A DNA stretch of 20,000 nucleotides, taken from positions 107,993-127,992 of the forward strand of contig JAVECL010000009.1 of assembly GCA_051942245.1 (NCBI GenBank). Reading direction: 5' to 3'. The translations under genes and the position numbers were made by a program. The stretch comes from Trypethelium eluteriae. Taxonomy: Eukaryota. The notes beneath the pieces were generated by a model that saw nothing but the letters and a program-made list of their open reading frames with translations, was not told the origin of the DNA and searched no databases. Positions 1 through 11,403 of the stretch are shown piece after piece; the first letter of the stretch is position 1, and each line of letters starts with the position of its first letter.

Positions 1-448
1 ATAGTGGGCATGATAATATGGGCTTTGACATTGCGGATGGAGGCAGCGAGGGCGAGGGCCTGAGCATGATTCCCTGCATGTCATGGAGTCAGCTAACTTT
101 CCTCGTATTTGAAAGGTACTCCCTCCTACCGGAGCTATGTGTGATTACCCCTCGTTTGAGCTCTTCATGGGTGAGGCGGCTTAACGCATGGTTCGCGCCC
201 CGTGCTTTGAAAGCGCCGATTTTCTGGTAGTTTTCACATTTGAAGAAGAGATTGACTTTCGGCCTTGCAGGCCGTTGGCCTTCATACGGAGTGTCTACTA
301 GCACGGCAGGAGATTGAGGCGTAGATGCCAGGTGGGACAGAGCAGTGCATGTTGTCACAGGTGTAAGATGAACGAAGGGCTTTATTTGTTTGTGGGCTTC
401 TTGTACAGATGCTCTGGTCAATGGAAGGCACCTGGATGGATCTGCCAT
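1..448 (-). CDS. PLP-dependent serine racemase / threonine dehydratase family protein (Sry1-like); 5' part only, runs off the left edge
   Basis: ATG at 448 (MADPSRCLPLTRASVQEAH...). Family motifs FKCENYQKIGAFKARGA (PLP lysine) and THSSGNHAQALALAA, the latter restored by removing intron 129..74 (GTAGGA...GCTGAC...CAG, 56 nt). Exons 448-130 and 73-<1. Confidence 0.93.
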
Positions 449-656
449 GGTCAATGAGTGCACGAGTTCAGAGTATGAAATGTGTTGCGAGTACTTACTT
501 TTGGGGGAAGAAATAAATTCGGTGGGGGGAAATTTGAGGTGGTATCGCGGGGTATCTTGCTCCGTAGGGAGCAGGACGGATAGAGATACTGATCGGGCGT
601 ACAACAGGGAGACAGCAAGTCGAGTCCTAATAGTAATACGTGGAGATAGAATGACT

Positions 657-2042
657 TTAGGACTCAATTCTATCTTCGCCAACTATCAAAGCTTTGACTT
701 CTTGCTCCAACGACCAATTCCTAACGCTTTCCATAACCTTCGCCAGGGTATCTCCGCCTCCTATCACGTCGTTCAAATCGTGGACAGAAAAGCCGCTCCG
801 GTGATCAGTAACTCGCTGTTGGCTCCAATTGTATGTCCTTATTTTATCCCCTCTTCCCACTTTCGCGACGCCTACAACACTCCTTCTCATTTGGAGCATC
901 TCTTCTTCTCGCGCTTCCCGTCTCGATTGCGCTAGGCGGGAACGTAGTAATTTCCATGCTTTATCTCTATTCCTGGACTGCGATCGTTGATCCTGAATTG
1001 AAACGACAGTTTTGGTAGGTAAGTGTGTAAGTCTAATAGCGGAGTCTGTCGTGTTGACATGTTGGCCGCCAGATCCTCTGGCTTTCATCACTTCCGTCCG
1101 AACCTCCTTGGGATCGATGTAGTAGTCATTTGACGAATCATTAATGTCACCCGCCTCTCCCTGTTTCTCATCGGCACCGGGAAACGACGGTAGGACTAAG
1201 ACCGAAGCCGCACTCGTATGCGTCCTTCCTTTGCTCTCTGTGGCCGGGACCCTTTGCACACGGTGCACACCCGCTTCACATCTCAGCATATCGTAAGCGC
1301 CTTCAGATTCGACTTCTAATATAGCTTCTGCCAATGGCAAGTCTGAGCCAATTGGGTCAGCTGCGCCTTCCGCGTCTTCGTATTTGATGAGCGAGCAGCG
1401 CAGTCGGTTGCGCGCGCAGTATGCTCGATACATACGGAGAAGATCTGCCGCAAACAAGGCAGCTTCTGATCCACCAGCACCCGGCCGAATTTCGATAAGG
1501 CATGGTAGGTGTGCGAAAGGATGTTGCGGGACGAGACTGGCAGTTAGGGATTGGGATGCTCGTGCTAACTGATCGGTGGAGTGTTGCAGGTCTTCAGCAG
1601 CAAGCGCGCGGAGCTCTGAGTCTGCTGCAGGGTCTCGCAGAAGGTCGTCCAGCTCTCTATGAGACTGCAGTAATTCAGTGATGATCTGCCCCAAATACCA
1701 GAAATATTGTGATATACCTCTTTAAGCTGGTCCCATTCTCGCAGGGCATAAACCGTGGCGCTCAATTGCCCCAATTTCTTTGCCAAGTTGATGCTAAACC
1801 CTTCGCCAAGCTGCTTTGATACGTTTTCATGCTCGGCGGCAAGTGCGCGTGCTTTCGAAAGGAGTGCGGGAGATAAATGTTCGCTGGCAGCAGCTGCATC
1901 AGACGGTCAGCCTGTGCATTCTTGCCCTCATGGAGTAGTGGGTGGAGAACGAACTAGTATATGGACATCGCGCTTGACATGCTCTAGATTGTCTGAAGAA
2001 TTTATGAAGGCAATGTCGACAAACCCAAGCTCGAACAATCAT
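657..2042 (-). CDS. MRF1: Mitochondrial peptide chain release factor 1 (class I, RF1-type), ~423 aa
   Basis: Exons 2042-1955, 1893-1718, 1664-657. Introns GTTCGT...GCTGAC...CAG (61 nt) and GTATAT...CAG (53 nt); phases consistent. Motifs EIRPGAGGSEAALFA, GVHRVQRVPATESKGRTHTS (PxT), ARGSGGQHVN (GGQ) and KIRTYNWSQQRVTDHR. The Arg-rich N-terminus lacks acidic residues, like a mitochondrial presequence. Confidence 0.95.
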
Positions 2043-2552
2043 GACTTTGAGGCTGAAATGTAGATTGCGTCCCTTGCACCGCAAATGTTCGGAATCGGAA
2101 TTTTTCCGGGGTACACTTCTTCGTCAAACCTTCCTCAGCCATCTGCCAACGCACTTGGATACAAGGCGAACATCAGCTCACTAGGATACTCCTCTGATGA
2201 TTGCATTGGGAATGACGACTGGTTCAACTACCACCATTCCGTTCTGCACCATGACGAAATGAGCAGGTGTCTCGATGGGACTCCCACCCCACATGGACTG
2301 ATAGCGGGGTGATGTCAAGAAAAACTGCCCTGCCGAGTATTCGGGTCTATACCACTAGCTTTAGAGTCTTGAAGGTCTGTCTAGTGACTAAATCAACCGC
2401 CGCTCTGCTTCCGCAATACGCTCTCTTCCTCCTTCTATCTTTCGTTGCCGCTCAAATCTTCTTCTGGATCCCGTCTCTTGTACCCATCCTTCAATCCCCT
2501 TCTCACGCCTAGTGCAATCGTCTTCTTACCGTCAGACAAAGTCTAGGAGAAC
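2043..2552. promoter_or_regulatory. Divergent promoter region MRF1 / GGT-family gene
   Basis: 510 bp between head-to-head ATGs. Pyrimidine-rich tract at ~2400-2530 before the GGT ATG; GCGGGGTGAT at 2304-2313. Confidence 0.7.
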
Positions 2553-4554
2553 ATGCCTCTTACCCCAGGAGCGATATACCCTGCATCTTATCCCGAGTTC
2601 GCTGCCTTTGCAAGCCGCCGGAGTGTCATTCACAGTACGAAAGGAATCGTCTCCAGCACTCAGCCACTAGCTACAGCATGTGGATTGAGAATTTTGAGGG
2701 AAGGGGGCAACTGCGCCGTAAGTTCTGACATCGAGTCATATATGAACAGGTGCATCTGACGTGGATGTCGTAGGATGCCGCCGTTGCGACTGCCGCTGGT
2801 CTGAATATGACCGAACCAAGTTCAACAGGCATTGGCGGTGATATGTTCTGTCTCTTCTACAATGCAAAAACCAAAAAAGTCCATGCCCTGAATGGCTCTG
2901 GTCGCTCTGGCGGAAAAATTACCCTTGAAAGCATACGGAATGACTTGGGGTTCAAAGATGGAGAAGCGGGCCAGATCCCGATGCTCAGTGTCCATGCTGC
3001 AACAATTCCAGGTGCACCAGCAGGATGGGTGGATACTGTGCAGAAATTTGGCAGTGGCAAGCTATCAATGGAGCAGATACTCGCGCCTGCAATTGAGTTA
3101 GGCGAAGAGGGTTTCCCGGTTTCTGAATTATCTGCATATTACGTATGTAATCAAAGCATAGTCATTTGTCTGAGCAAGAAATTGACGGGTCATTCGTGTC
3201 TAGTGGAAGCGGAGCGAGCAGTCTTTGCGTAATGCCTCCCCGAATTTCGCAGAAATGCTAAAGAAGGATTCAAAGGCAAAAGACGGATGTCGTGCTCCCA
3301 GATCCGGAGAAATCATGCAAAATCCCACGCTTGCCAATACCTTTCGACTGCTGGCACAGAACGGGAAAAAAGGTTACTACGAGGGCGCTGTCGCAGACGC
3401 CCTAGTCAAAGTGGTTCAAGATCTTGGAGGCCGCCTCACTCACGAAGACTTAAAGCAGCACATGAACATGGGAAGTGAGGAGGTTGACGCGATCTCCCTA
3501 AAATTCACCGGCCAGGGAGTCGGCAAGTTACAGGCCCAAAATTTGCACGATCACTCGGAGGAGGGTATCGAAGTCTGGGAACATCCGCCTAATGGACAAG
3601 GCATCGTCGCCTTAATGGCGCTTGGCATGTTGGAAGAGCTTGAAAGAGCGGGTAAGATTCGAAGATTCATCGAAAGGGATCATAACTGCGCAGAGTGTGT
3701 GTCCTTGATTTTTACCTCACGCGTCCGAATTCCTTACTCTGATGTGCAGGTATCTCCATGCCGTAATCGAAACCCTTCGCATCGCCTTCGCCGATTCCAA
3801 CTGGTGGGTGGCTGACCCTAACGTTTCTAAAGTCCCTATTGCAAAGCTCATATCACGTCCCTATCTCGCATCTCGCGCCCAGCTCTTTGACGCCTCCCGT
3901 GCTTCCCCGATTCCGGACCACGGTTCGCCAGCGCACAATCACAGTGACACTGTCTACTTCACCTGTAGCGACGCGGAGGGGAACGCCATCTCCTTCATCA
4001 ACTCCAACTACGCCGGGTTTGGTACGGCTATCATCCCGCGTGGCTGTGGTTTCACACTACAGAACCGAGGCGCCAATTTCGTGCTCCAACCCTCGGAGCA
4101 TCCTAACATCTTCGCACCGAACAAGCGTCCGTATCATACTATCATTCCTGCCATGGCAACCAATCCGAGCGATGGGAGTCTACATTCGAGTTTTGGAGTG
4201 ATGGGTGGCTTTATGCAGCCTCAGGGCCACGTGCAGGTTTTGCTTAATCAGCTCGTCTTCAAATTGACGCCTCAAGCGGCGTTAGATGCGCCTCGGATTT
4301 GTATTGGAGCTGGGATGCCTGACAATACGGCGGATGGACAGGTGTTCGACAAGACGGTGTATCTGGAGGAGGGAATTAGAGAGAAAGTGGCTCAGGAATT
4401 GAGAAATCTGGGACATCAGGTGGAGATCGTAAGTGGTTTTGGGAGGGGGTTATTTGGCAGGGGTCAAATCATCAGACATCATGTAGAGGACGGGAAGATG
4501 ATTTGGAGCGCAGGGAGTGATCTAAGAGGTGATGGCGCTGCGGTGCCGGTATAA
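2553..4554 (+). CDS. Gamma-glutamyltranspeptidase family Ntn-hydrolase (YwrD-like subgroup), ~609 aa
   Basis: Exons 2553-2717, 2774-3142, 3204-3694, 3750-4554 (1830 nt, in frame). Motifs [42 protein letters not shown] (nucleophile Thr at the start of the small subunit), [26 protein letters not shown] and SDLRGDG. Confidence 0.95.
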
Positions 4555-5009
4555 TGATAATGGAGAGATGGCCTTCAAGCGGGGGAGAGGCGTTAGGGGG
4601 AACGGAGTGGGAAAAATTACAGCCTCCCGTTCTTTCAATCTCCGAACAAAGACTGCTCAGAGCTCTATATTCTCTTGAAATACAAGGCCCAGCATGATTG
4701 GATATGAGAATATGTGGTTCATGGATGAGGTGCTTCGATAATAGGCGAAAATGTCAGGGAAGATGGTAAATCTCAAATAACAGGGTAATGAGGCGGAGAA
4801 AATCGAATGGCCAGTGGGTTCCAGCAGCTTCGTTCGATATACCTCCATTCGAATTAGAGAACACTAAGCATTCCTACTCCGACGGGTTATACATTATCTG
4901 TCTATAAATCATCTTATTCATGTCTCCGAAAATTTCCAATTGCGAAAGTAAAGCTTCCCGTGAATTGGTCATATAAATTTGGTGATCAGGTCAAACCAGA
5001 TGATTAACT

Positions 5010-6089
5010 TTACCAACCATCGTGAATATCTTTCTTTTGCTCATCCTGCAATCTCGGCTCATTAACATCCCACCACCACTTGTTCGTGATGTCGCTTTCT
5101 TGGCCTTTCTGTTCGTTCCATGGCTTGGGGTCTAGGATGTAATGGACGACTTTCACACTATCGTCCCTCCAAATCTTGTCATGTACTCCTGGCATCCTCA
5201 AGGTTTTCAATGCATTGTAGATATACGGCAATGCAACCCAACGCCCATTATAGACGTCTGATAGCAATGCTTGATCTGGAAACTTATACTCTTCAGTAGC
5301 CGGGGATTCGAGTTGCTTCAGACAAGCAGTGTAGATTGCAGCTGAGGGAATCGCAACGATGAGACCAGAATTGAGCATACCTACCCCTGCTGTGCAAGGG
5401 GCCCCGATGCGCTGGGCGGTCTCGGGATCGTTGTGCTGGGCGGTGAATGCACAATTTTCGGGAACCCTACTTTCATGGTGAGTCGCTTGTATCTGTGGGA
5501 ACATCGTGGTGGCTCACCATGTCTTCGGATAATGTGGTCGGTTGAATGGGTTACAGGCACAAGCATGACTGGCAGCAAACACTCTGTTTCCCTTGCCTCC
5601 CATCTCTACTGGATCTAGCTCAAGGTCCATAAGCTCGTCCATATTTCCGCGCACTACCATGTCGCTATCCAACAGTACAACTCTCTCATACTCAACAAGT
5701 GAAAAGAGAGTCAGCTTGCTCCATGTCGCATGAAATCTAGGATCGCCGCTAAGGTCTCGATCCTCAGAAGGCTGCAGAAAGTTAACGCGCTTTTTAGGGA
5801 TACCGCGATCGTCGAGAGCTCTATGGCCTTCCGGAGGAAAGCTGTCTGTGTAGAGAGCCACAAGCGGATAGGCAGACTCGGTACGTTTCAAAGAGTAATC
5901 CAGGCAGAGCAGACCGGTCAAATATTTTGTATTCGTGATCAAAGTCGCCCAGACTGTTTAGATTAAAGGATCAGAAATGGTAGTGTAGCTCAGGTTCAGA
6001 TCAGTACAGCTACCTTTCTTGGAGTCGACGACCCGAGTCTGTTCGGGATTGACTTGCGAAACTGCACCATTGAGTCGCGGTTCTGCCAT
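5010..6089 (-). CDS. Glycosyltransferase family 8 protein (glycogenin/galactinol synthase-like fold), ~322 aa
   Basis: Exons 6089-6014, 5953-5518, 5466-5010 (969 nt). Motifs KVWATLITNTKYL, WSKLTLFSLVEYERVVLLDSDM (DxD), AASHACACNP, LNSGL, FPDQALL, LPYIYNALKT and HYILDPKPW. The first donor (GTAGCT) is weak but gives the expected KKVW junction. Confidence 0.92.
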
Positions 6090-6580
6090 TTCTGATGAGC
6101 CAGCTCTGGATAATGTGAAAATAGGATTAATGAAGATAAGGTTTAGTGAGGAGGTTTTAAAGAAGCCACCGAACGCCTGAAGATTTGACTACATGTTGGA
6201 GCAATGGCGACACCAAGCAGCCATGGACTCTTCAAAAAGTAACTTCTATTCAGGATCCGATCTCTGCAGTCGTGTTGCATAACACAAGAAGGTGGGCGAA
6301 TGAGTGGTATTCGTGCAGCTGTGCTAGCAACGATCGAGCCCGACTGTGAGCGACGTCATCACCCGCATTATGCAGGGTCCAGCCCGGAGGATGATCTACT
6401 AGAGTAAAATCCCAGTCCAAGGGTTAGAGTATTGAGTGTGGCCCCGTCGTCCAGTGAATACTTCCATCTCCAAACTTGAGATATCTCTCCTTCCTACCTC
6501 CAGCCATCATCTGTCTTCTTGAGCGGAATGAAAGCTTTAAGAAAACTCCAACGGCCCCCCATATTTGCCATCGGGAGGTG
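6090..6580. promoter_or_regulatory. Divergent promoter region GT8 / mitochondrial carrier
   Basis: 491 bp between head-to-head ATGs. CRE-like GACGTCAT overlaps ATCACCCGC at ~6352-6366. Confidence 0.7.
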
Positions 6581-7669
6581 ATGTCGGCGACAGCAGAGAC
6601 CACTGTAGCAGACTCTGTCGCCAAACAAAGGAACCAGGATGCCGCCGAACTCCCTGCAAAGGCTCAGCAGAGCCCTGCTAACTACAAGGGCTTTGTTGCT
6701 GGGGTCTTCTCTGGTACGGCCAAGTTAGCTGGTACGTTGCTCCGAGTCCCAAATATGCGAGCTGTCTGATGCCAAATATCATGTAGTTGGGCATCCCTTC
6801 GACACCATCAAAGTTCGTCTGCAGACATCAGCAACATCCCAATTCAGAGGTCCACTTGATTGTCTGCTCCAGACCGTTCGTCAAGAAGGCGTGAGAGCTC
6901 TGTACAAAGGCGCCACTCCTCCGTTGGTAGGATGGATGGTCATGGATTCGGTCTTGATGGGCTCGTTGACGTTTTACCGGAGGTTGCTGAACGATAATGT
7001 CTTCAATCCAAAACGGTCGGAGGTTTCTGGCATGATAGAAACTGGGAAGCTTCCTCCCATTGGACATGCCGCTGCTGGTGTAATGGCTGGTTGCACCGTC
7101 AGTTTCATAGCCGCACCGGTCGAGCATGTAAAAGCGCGGTTGCAAGTCCAGTATCAGCCCGAGAAGAAAAAGCGCTTGTACAGCGGGCCAATTGATTGTA
7201 CTACAAAGCTGGTACGTCTCAATGAGCGGCAGACTCCGAGCTATCGACTAACGGCCTGCTGTAGCTGCGCGGCTATGGCATTTCCGGCCTTTATCGCGGC
7301 CTCGGCGCTACCCTTCTTTTTAGGTCCTTCTTCTTCTTCTGGTGGGGAACGTATGATATCTTCACGGGCATACTTACAAACCACACTTCACTCTCCACTC
7401 CAGCGATCAACTTCTGGGCTGGCGGCCTCTCCGCCCAAGTCTTTTGGATCACTTCGTATCCTTCTGATGTGGTGAAGCAACGCATTATGACTGACGGTCT
7501 TGGACCTGATCGCAAATTTCCACGTTGGGTAGATGCAGCTAAAGCAATCTTGAGGGAAGGTGGGTGGAGAGGGTTTTGGAGGGGCTTCCTTCCTTGCTTC
7601 CTTAGAGCCTTCCCAGCGAATGCAATGGCGCTTGTCGCATTTGAAGGTGTTATGCGTGCGCTCGCATGA
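6581..7669 (+). CDS. Mitochondrial carrier family (SLC25) protein, carnitine/amino-acid carrier subgroup, ~326 aa
   Basis: Exons 6581-6731, 6787-7211, 7265-7669 (981 nt); both introns GTACGT...TAG. Three carrier signatures PFDTIKVR, PVEHVKAR and PSDVVKQR. The C-terminal RAFPANA is typical of the CAC/Ymc/Ort subgroup. Confidence 0.95.
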
Positions 7670-7990
7670 GCACCGCTGTGGACTATAATGAATGGTCTCT
7701 ATTCTCCAAAGTTGTATTATATAATCAAGCTACTCTGTTCGCTGCACGAGGATACATCATGTGGAAGAATTGTATCCCTCAGCTTATTTTCTCAGTCACA
7801 TCTCTATGTTATTCTGCTTGTCGTGTCCCGACATATGCCTCTTCATTTGGTTCATTTCTTTTGCTCAGCCGGAAATCTCTACTCTTGGGAAGAACGATAA
7901 CTTGATTGAATGTTTCAGATCATAGACGGGCTAGATTATCAGAAACTTTTGTAACAGGGGGTTTTGATTCTAATACCACCGCTCACGCAG

Positions 7991-8714
7991 GCGCTTGAGG
8001 TATACTACGGCGATATCCAGTCGAAGACATCAAACCGACACATCAAGGTGAGTCCGTTCGCTTGAAACTGGATACGCTGTTATGATGCGGCAGAAGCGTG
8101 TCACAAGGAATTCTGGTATCATATATCGGATTTCGAGGCTCTTCTTGCCAAATCAGGTGGAAGGGAACGATCATGGTGAGCATTCCAAACGTCTACTTCT
8201 TCGGTTGTGGTATGGATATGTTATAAGCTGCCGTCGAGCGATATAATGGGTCTTCCAAGTACTTCTCTTCATTCTTTCAAGACTGTCCGAGACCTCTAAT
8301 GAATCATTGGTACAATCGCAGCCCCATTGGTTTTTTTCGGTACGTGAAAATCCTTATAGCCTTGTCGGTCTCATGAAGATCCCCTATGCTTCACCGCGAC
8401 ATTTTCGAAAAATCTTCCCCCCCAAAAAAAAAAAAAACCAAACTATTGATCATCTTGGCCGATTTGTAGAAGCCGGCAGACTATTCTTAGGAGATAATAT
8501 TTTCCTGACGGCTTTTTGTGAAGCTCAAGATCTATCGCTTGACGGAGCCGATTATTTCGCCCGTGTTAACAATCTCCGGTGAAAGCAAGCCAACCGCTTC
8601 TCTAAACGAGTGGGTCAATGAGGTAGGGTTTCGGTATTCGAGAGGAACGCGAGAGACTATAGCAAGTCCCTTCAATGGAGTGCTTGGCCCAAAAACTATA
8701 GAAATATTCACTGA
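7991..8714 (+). CDS. Tentative multi-exon hypothetical protein (start codon not identified)
   Basis: Exons 7991-8047, 8094-8175, 8322-8339, 8470-8578 and 8627-8714, joined through GTGAGT, GTGAGC, GTACGT and GTGAAA donors and YAG acceptors, give a stop-free 117-aa frame (ALEVYYGDIQ...APLVFFEAGRLFLGDNIFLTAFCEAQDLSLDGADYFARVNNLRVSVFERNARDYSKSLQWSAWPKNYRNIH*). No recognised homology, and the model was hand-fitted. Confidence 0.35.
8417..8437. repeat. C7-A14 homopolymer run
   Basis: Read directly; lies inside candidate intron 8340-8469. Confidence 0.9.
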
Positions 8715-9393
8715 TGAGTGATCACAACACCAGTTTTATCAGGACTAGACGCAAGAATACGCGAGGGAATACAAAGGAAGACAGTTTAACACAGCATTAA
8801 TTGACATCAAGTACAAGGCAGCGGACGGAGTGAGACCTCTGCCGAATTTTTGAAGAATAATGCCTTTGTCAAGCAGAATTTCATTCACACTCCAGGTCAT
8901 TGGTCACAGGCGATCCTTCGGTCATTTCGAGTCCTCATTCTTTCTTTTCCCTGACGCCCCTTCATCAACTCGACGAAATTCAACTTTTGACACGGACATG
9001 TGGTGCCCTTCCGGTTTGCTCAAGTGGAGGCTGTCGGTCAATCGTGAAGGCTACGCTTAGCATATTCGGACAGACTGTAGGTATTGACACCATCTTACTT
9101 GATTCATATCAGTGACTCCGAATTCAGTAATACTCCAAGTCAGTCTACGATCTGTAAGAGTCAGAGATGAGTATTGCAGTACACTCAGGTTCATAATCAA
9201 ATTTGACACATCAATTCCAGTGTATTTTACAACGCACGCTTTGCAGTATCTCAGAGTAGAACCAGCTCTTTTGTCTTTCTTCAATACTCAAATCACTCCA
9301 TCTAATTTTCGATAAAGCTCAGCCTCAAGTAGGACCTGTGAACCAAATCGGCCATAACTCCCTTCTGGATCAGTAGTCACGCATAAGTCTACC

Positions 9394-10467
9394 ATGGTGT
9401 CGATTAATCAAGCCATCCTCAACCACTGCCATAGATTGCGCGCCGCGATCGAAGACAACTTTGAAGAAGAACCAGTTAAAGGTGGCAACCAGTTGGAAGA
9501 AGATCCCTATCTGGAACATATCCATAGTGCGGAAGAGGGAATCAAAGAGCTGGAAACCCACATCCTGAATTGTAAGCTGAACCGAGATCGAGAATGGATC
9601 TTATTCTACCTTCATAATGTCGATCAAAGCTTGAGGAAGATTAACGAAAATATCAAGAAAGGTATAAATCTCGGAAGCTCACATAGAGGAGCATTACTTT
9701 GTAAAGAAGGGGAATTTCAGACGCTACTCAATTTTACGGCAAAGCTTCATGAGACGATTAAGAAATTGGTTGATCCATCCAGGCAGGCAAGTAGACCGCC
9801 TTAGTTATCAGTGTGTTCGTTGCCATTTTACTAACTCTCAAAGGGATTTCAGACGGCACCAAGCAACCTTCAGTCCAGGTCTGAGAAAGCTGGCCCAGGA
9901 CAAAGTCAATCACAGCGTTCCTCAAACTCGGCTGCATCTTCCGGAGGCCGGGAATATCAAAGAGAGGACTTCTCTTATGGGATTCAAGGTGGAATGAACT
10001 ACTCTACAGATTCCAAGGGCAACGGGTATCCATACGGGTCGCAGTTCCCTAGAGGAAATGTGAATCACATGCCTCAATACACACCACCTGCAGGGTATCC
10101 GGTATATACGTACGCTCAGCAGGGTTCATCGGTTTATGGCATGGCGACAGAGAACTATTCTGCCAGGGGAACTGGCTTCCAACAGCCAACTTGGTCTTCA
10201 GAGCAGCATCCAGATTATGCAGCGCCTGCTGGAGTTTACTACAATCATGGGCATGACCATTACCCCAGAAGTGAGCGTCACAAGGAATATGCAGCTGAAG
10301 GAATTTTACCAGAAGACAGGATTGTAGAACTTGACGATGACGAGCCAGACAAAAAGAGTGTCTCTAAACGTCGTCTGATGCTTCCAGCTTCCACAACGGG
10401 CAAGAATAGCAACGAGAAAGGTCCGCAGAGCACTCGAAACGGAGGAAGGCAAGGGAGACGGCAATAG
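9394..10467 (+). CDS. Hypothetical orphan protein, ~338 aa: helical N-terminal domain plus low-complexity C-terminus
   Basis: ATG in good context (CTACCATGG). Exon 9394-9786 (131 codons), GC-AG intron 9787-9843 (CAG|GCAAGT...TACTAAC...AAG|), and exon 9844-10467, which is in frame with ORF 9994-10467. Confidence 0.75.
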
Positions 10468-10784
10468 CAAGCAATGCCGCAGGAACTTCGTCGATTCCAA
10501 GATGGTTGACGTTGAGAAAGGGATCTCAGGGAGGTAGGTCGATGGTATGGCTGGAACGTACGTCCGGATCAACTCCCTGTTGCCCTCAATGGATGTGTAC
10601 ATAACTTTTACATATGTGACTAAGCTCGGCATTCAATCTTAAGCTTTTCTGAGAACGAGCCTATTATGTTCCTGGGAAACATTAGACAGCGGGAAGTGTT
10701 GGTCCAGAATCCATCTCGTGTGAGGTAAGCTTTCTTGTGTCTGACGTACAATATTGTCATAGTCATTCATGTTCAACCTTTGAA

Positions 10785-10808
10785 TGAATTTGAATCTGAA
10801 TTTGAATC
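10785..10808. repeat. Short tandem duplication (TGAATTTGAATC)2
   Basis: Read directly; equivalent to four TGAATY hexamers. Confidence 0.85.
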
Positions 10809-11403
10809 AAGAGCTCGGGCTAATGCATTCACTTCAAGATCGCGACCTCCTAGCAGATGTGCACTGAATGATGTTCCTCAGCAGGTTAGCCTGACAAACT
10901 TCACAGCTTTGCCATAGGATGACTGTGCATACCCACACGTATTCGACTTGGAGCCTGCCCTTTGCGGTGCAGTCATTTGGCTAGTTGGTGATGCATCCAT
11001 AGTGATGTGGAAATTACTAGGTAGGAAATGTAATCCTGCGTTTCATGACTATCTATACCCTGCATTTACAATTCACTCTTGCTGGAATCATAGACGTCAC
11101 ATAAGATTCACGTCTGTACGATTTCGACAGGGGGACCCGAAGGGATCCAATCTACCTGGTTTCATGAGGCTCATCAAGCAAACAAAGTGAATATGAGGCC
11201 CTCCTCGCACGCACTATCGGTGCATAATGAATCAAGTCTATGGCTCGTTGCTTGTGAAGAGTTAATTGCAAATGTGTCCGTCAAAACTATGAAGTCACTG
11301 CTGCTTCACCACGTAGCAAGATAAGACTGAGCCACTAGAGTGGATCAAAGATCTGTCAAACTGTGACTCAACGTTGACGCTTGCTAACCCTTCCATCATT
11401 CAG

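Noticed and set aside
449..682. N-terminal extension of ORF 89-682 upstream of ATG 448
   Set aside because: It starts at TTG inside the MRF1 CDS. Family similarity begins at MADP (448), so the extension is probably an incidental open frame.
2553..7669. GGT + GT8 + carrier as a metabolic or secondary-metabolite cluster
   Set aside because: No backbone enzyme or cluster regulator, and no shared pathway is evident.
10720..10917. Splice-like signals (GTAAGC, CTGAC, CATAG) and a 60-aa ORF
   Set aside because: The implied introns are too short and no consistent coding frame could be assembled.
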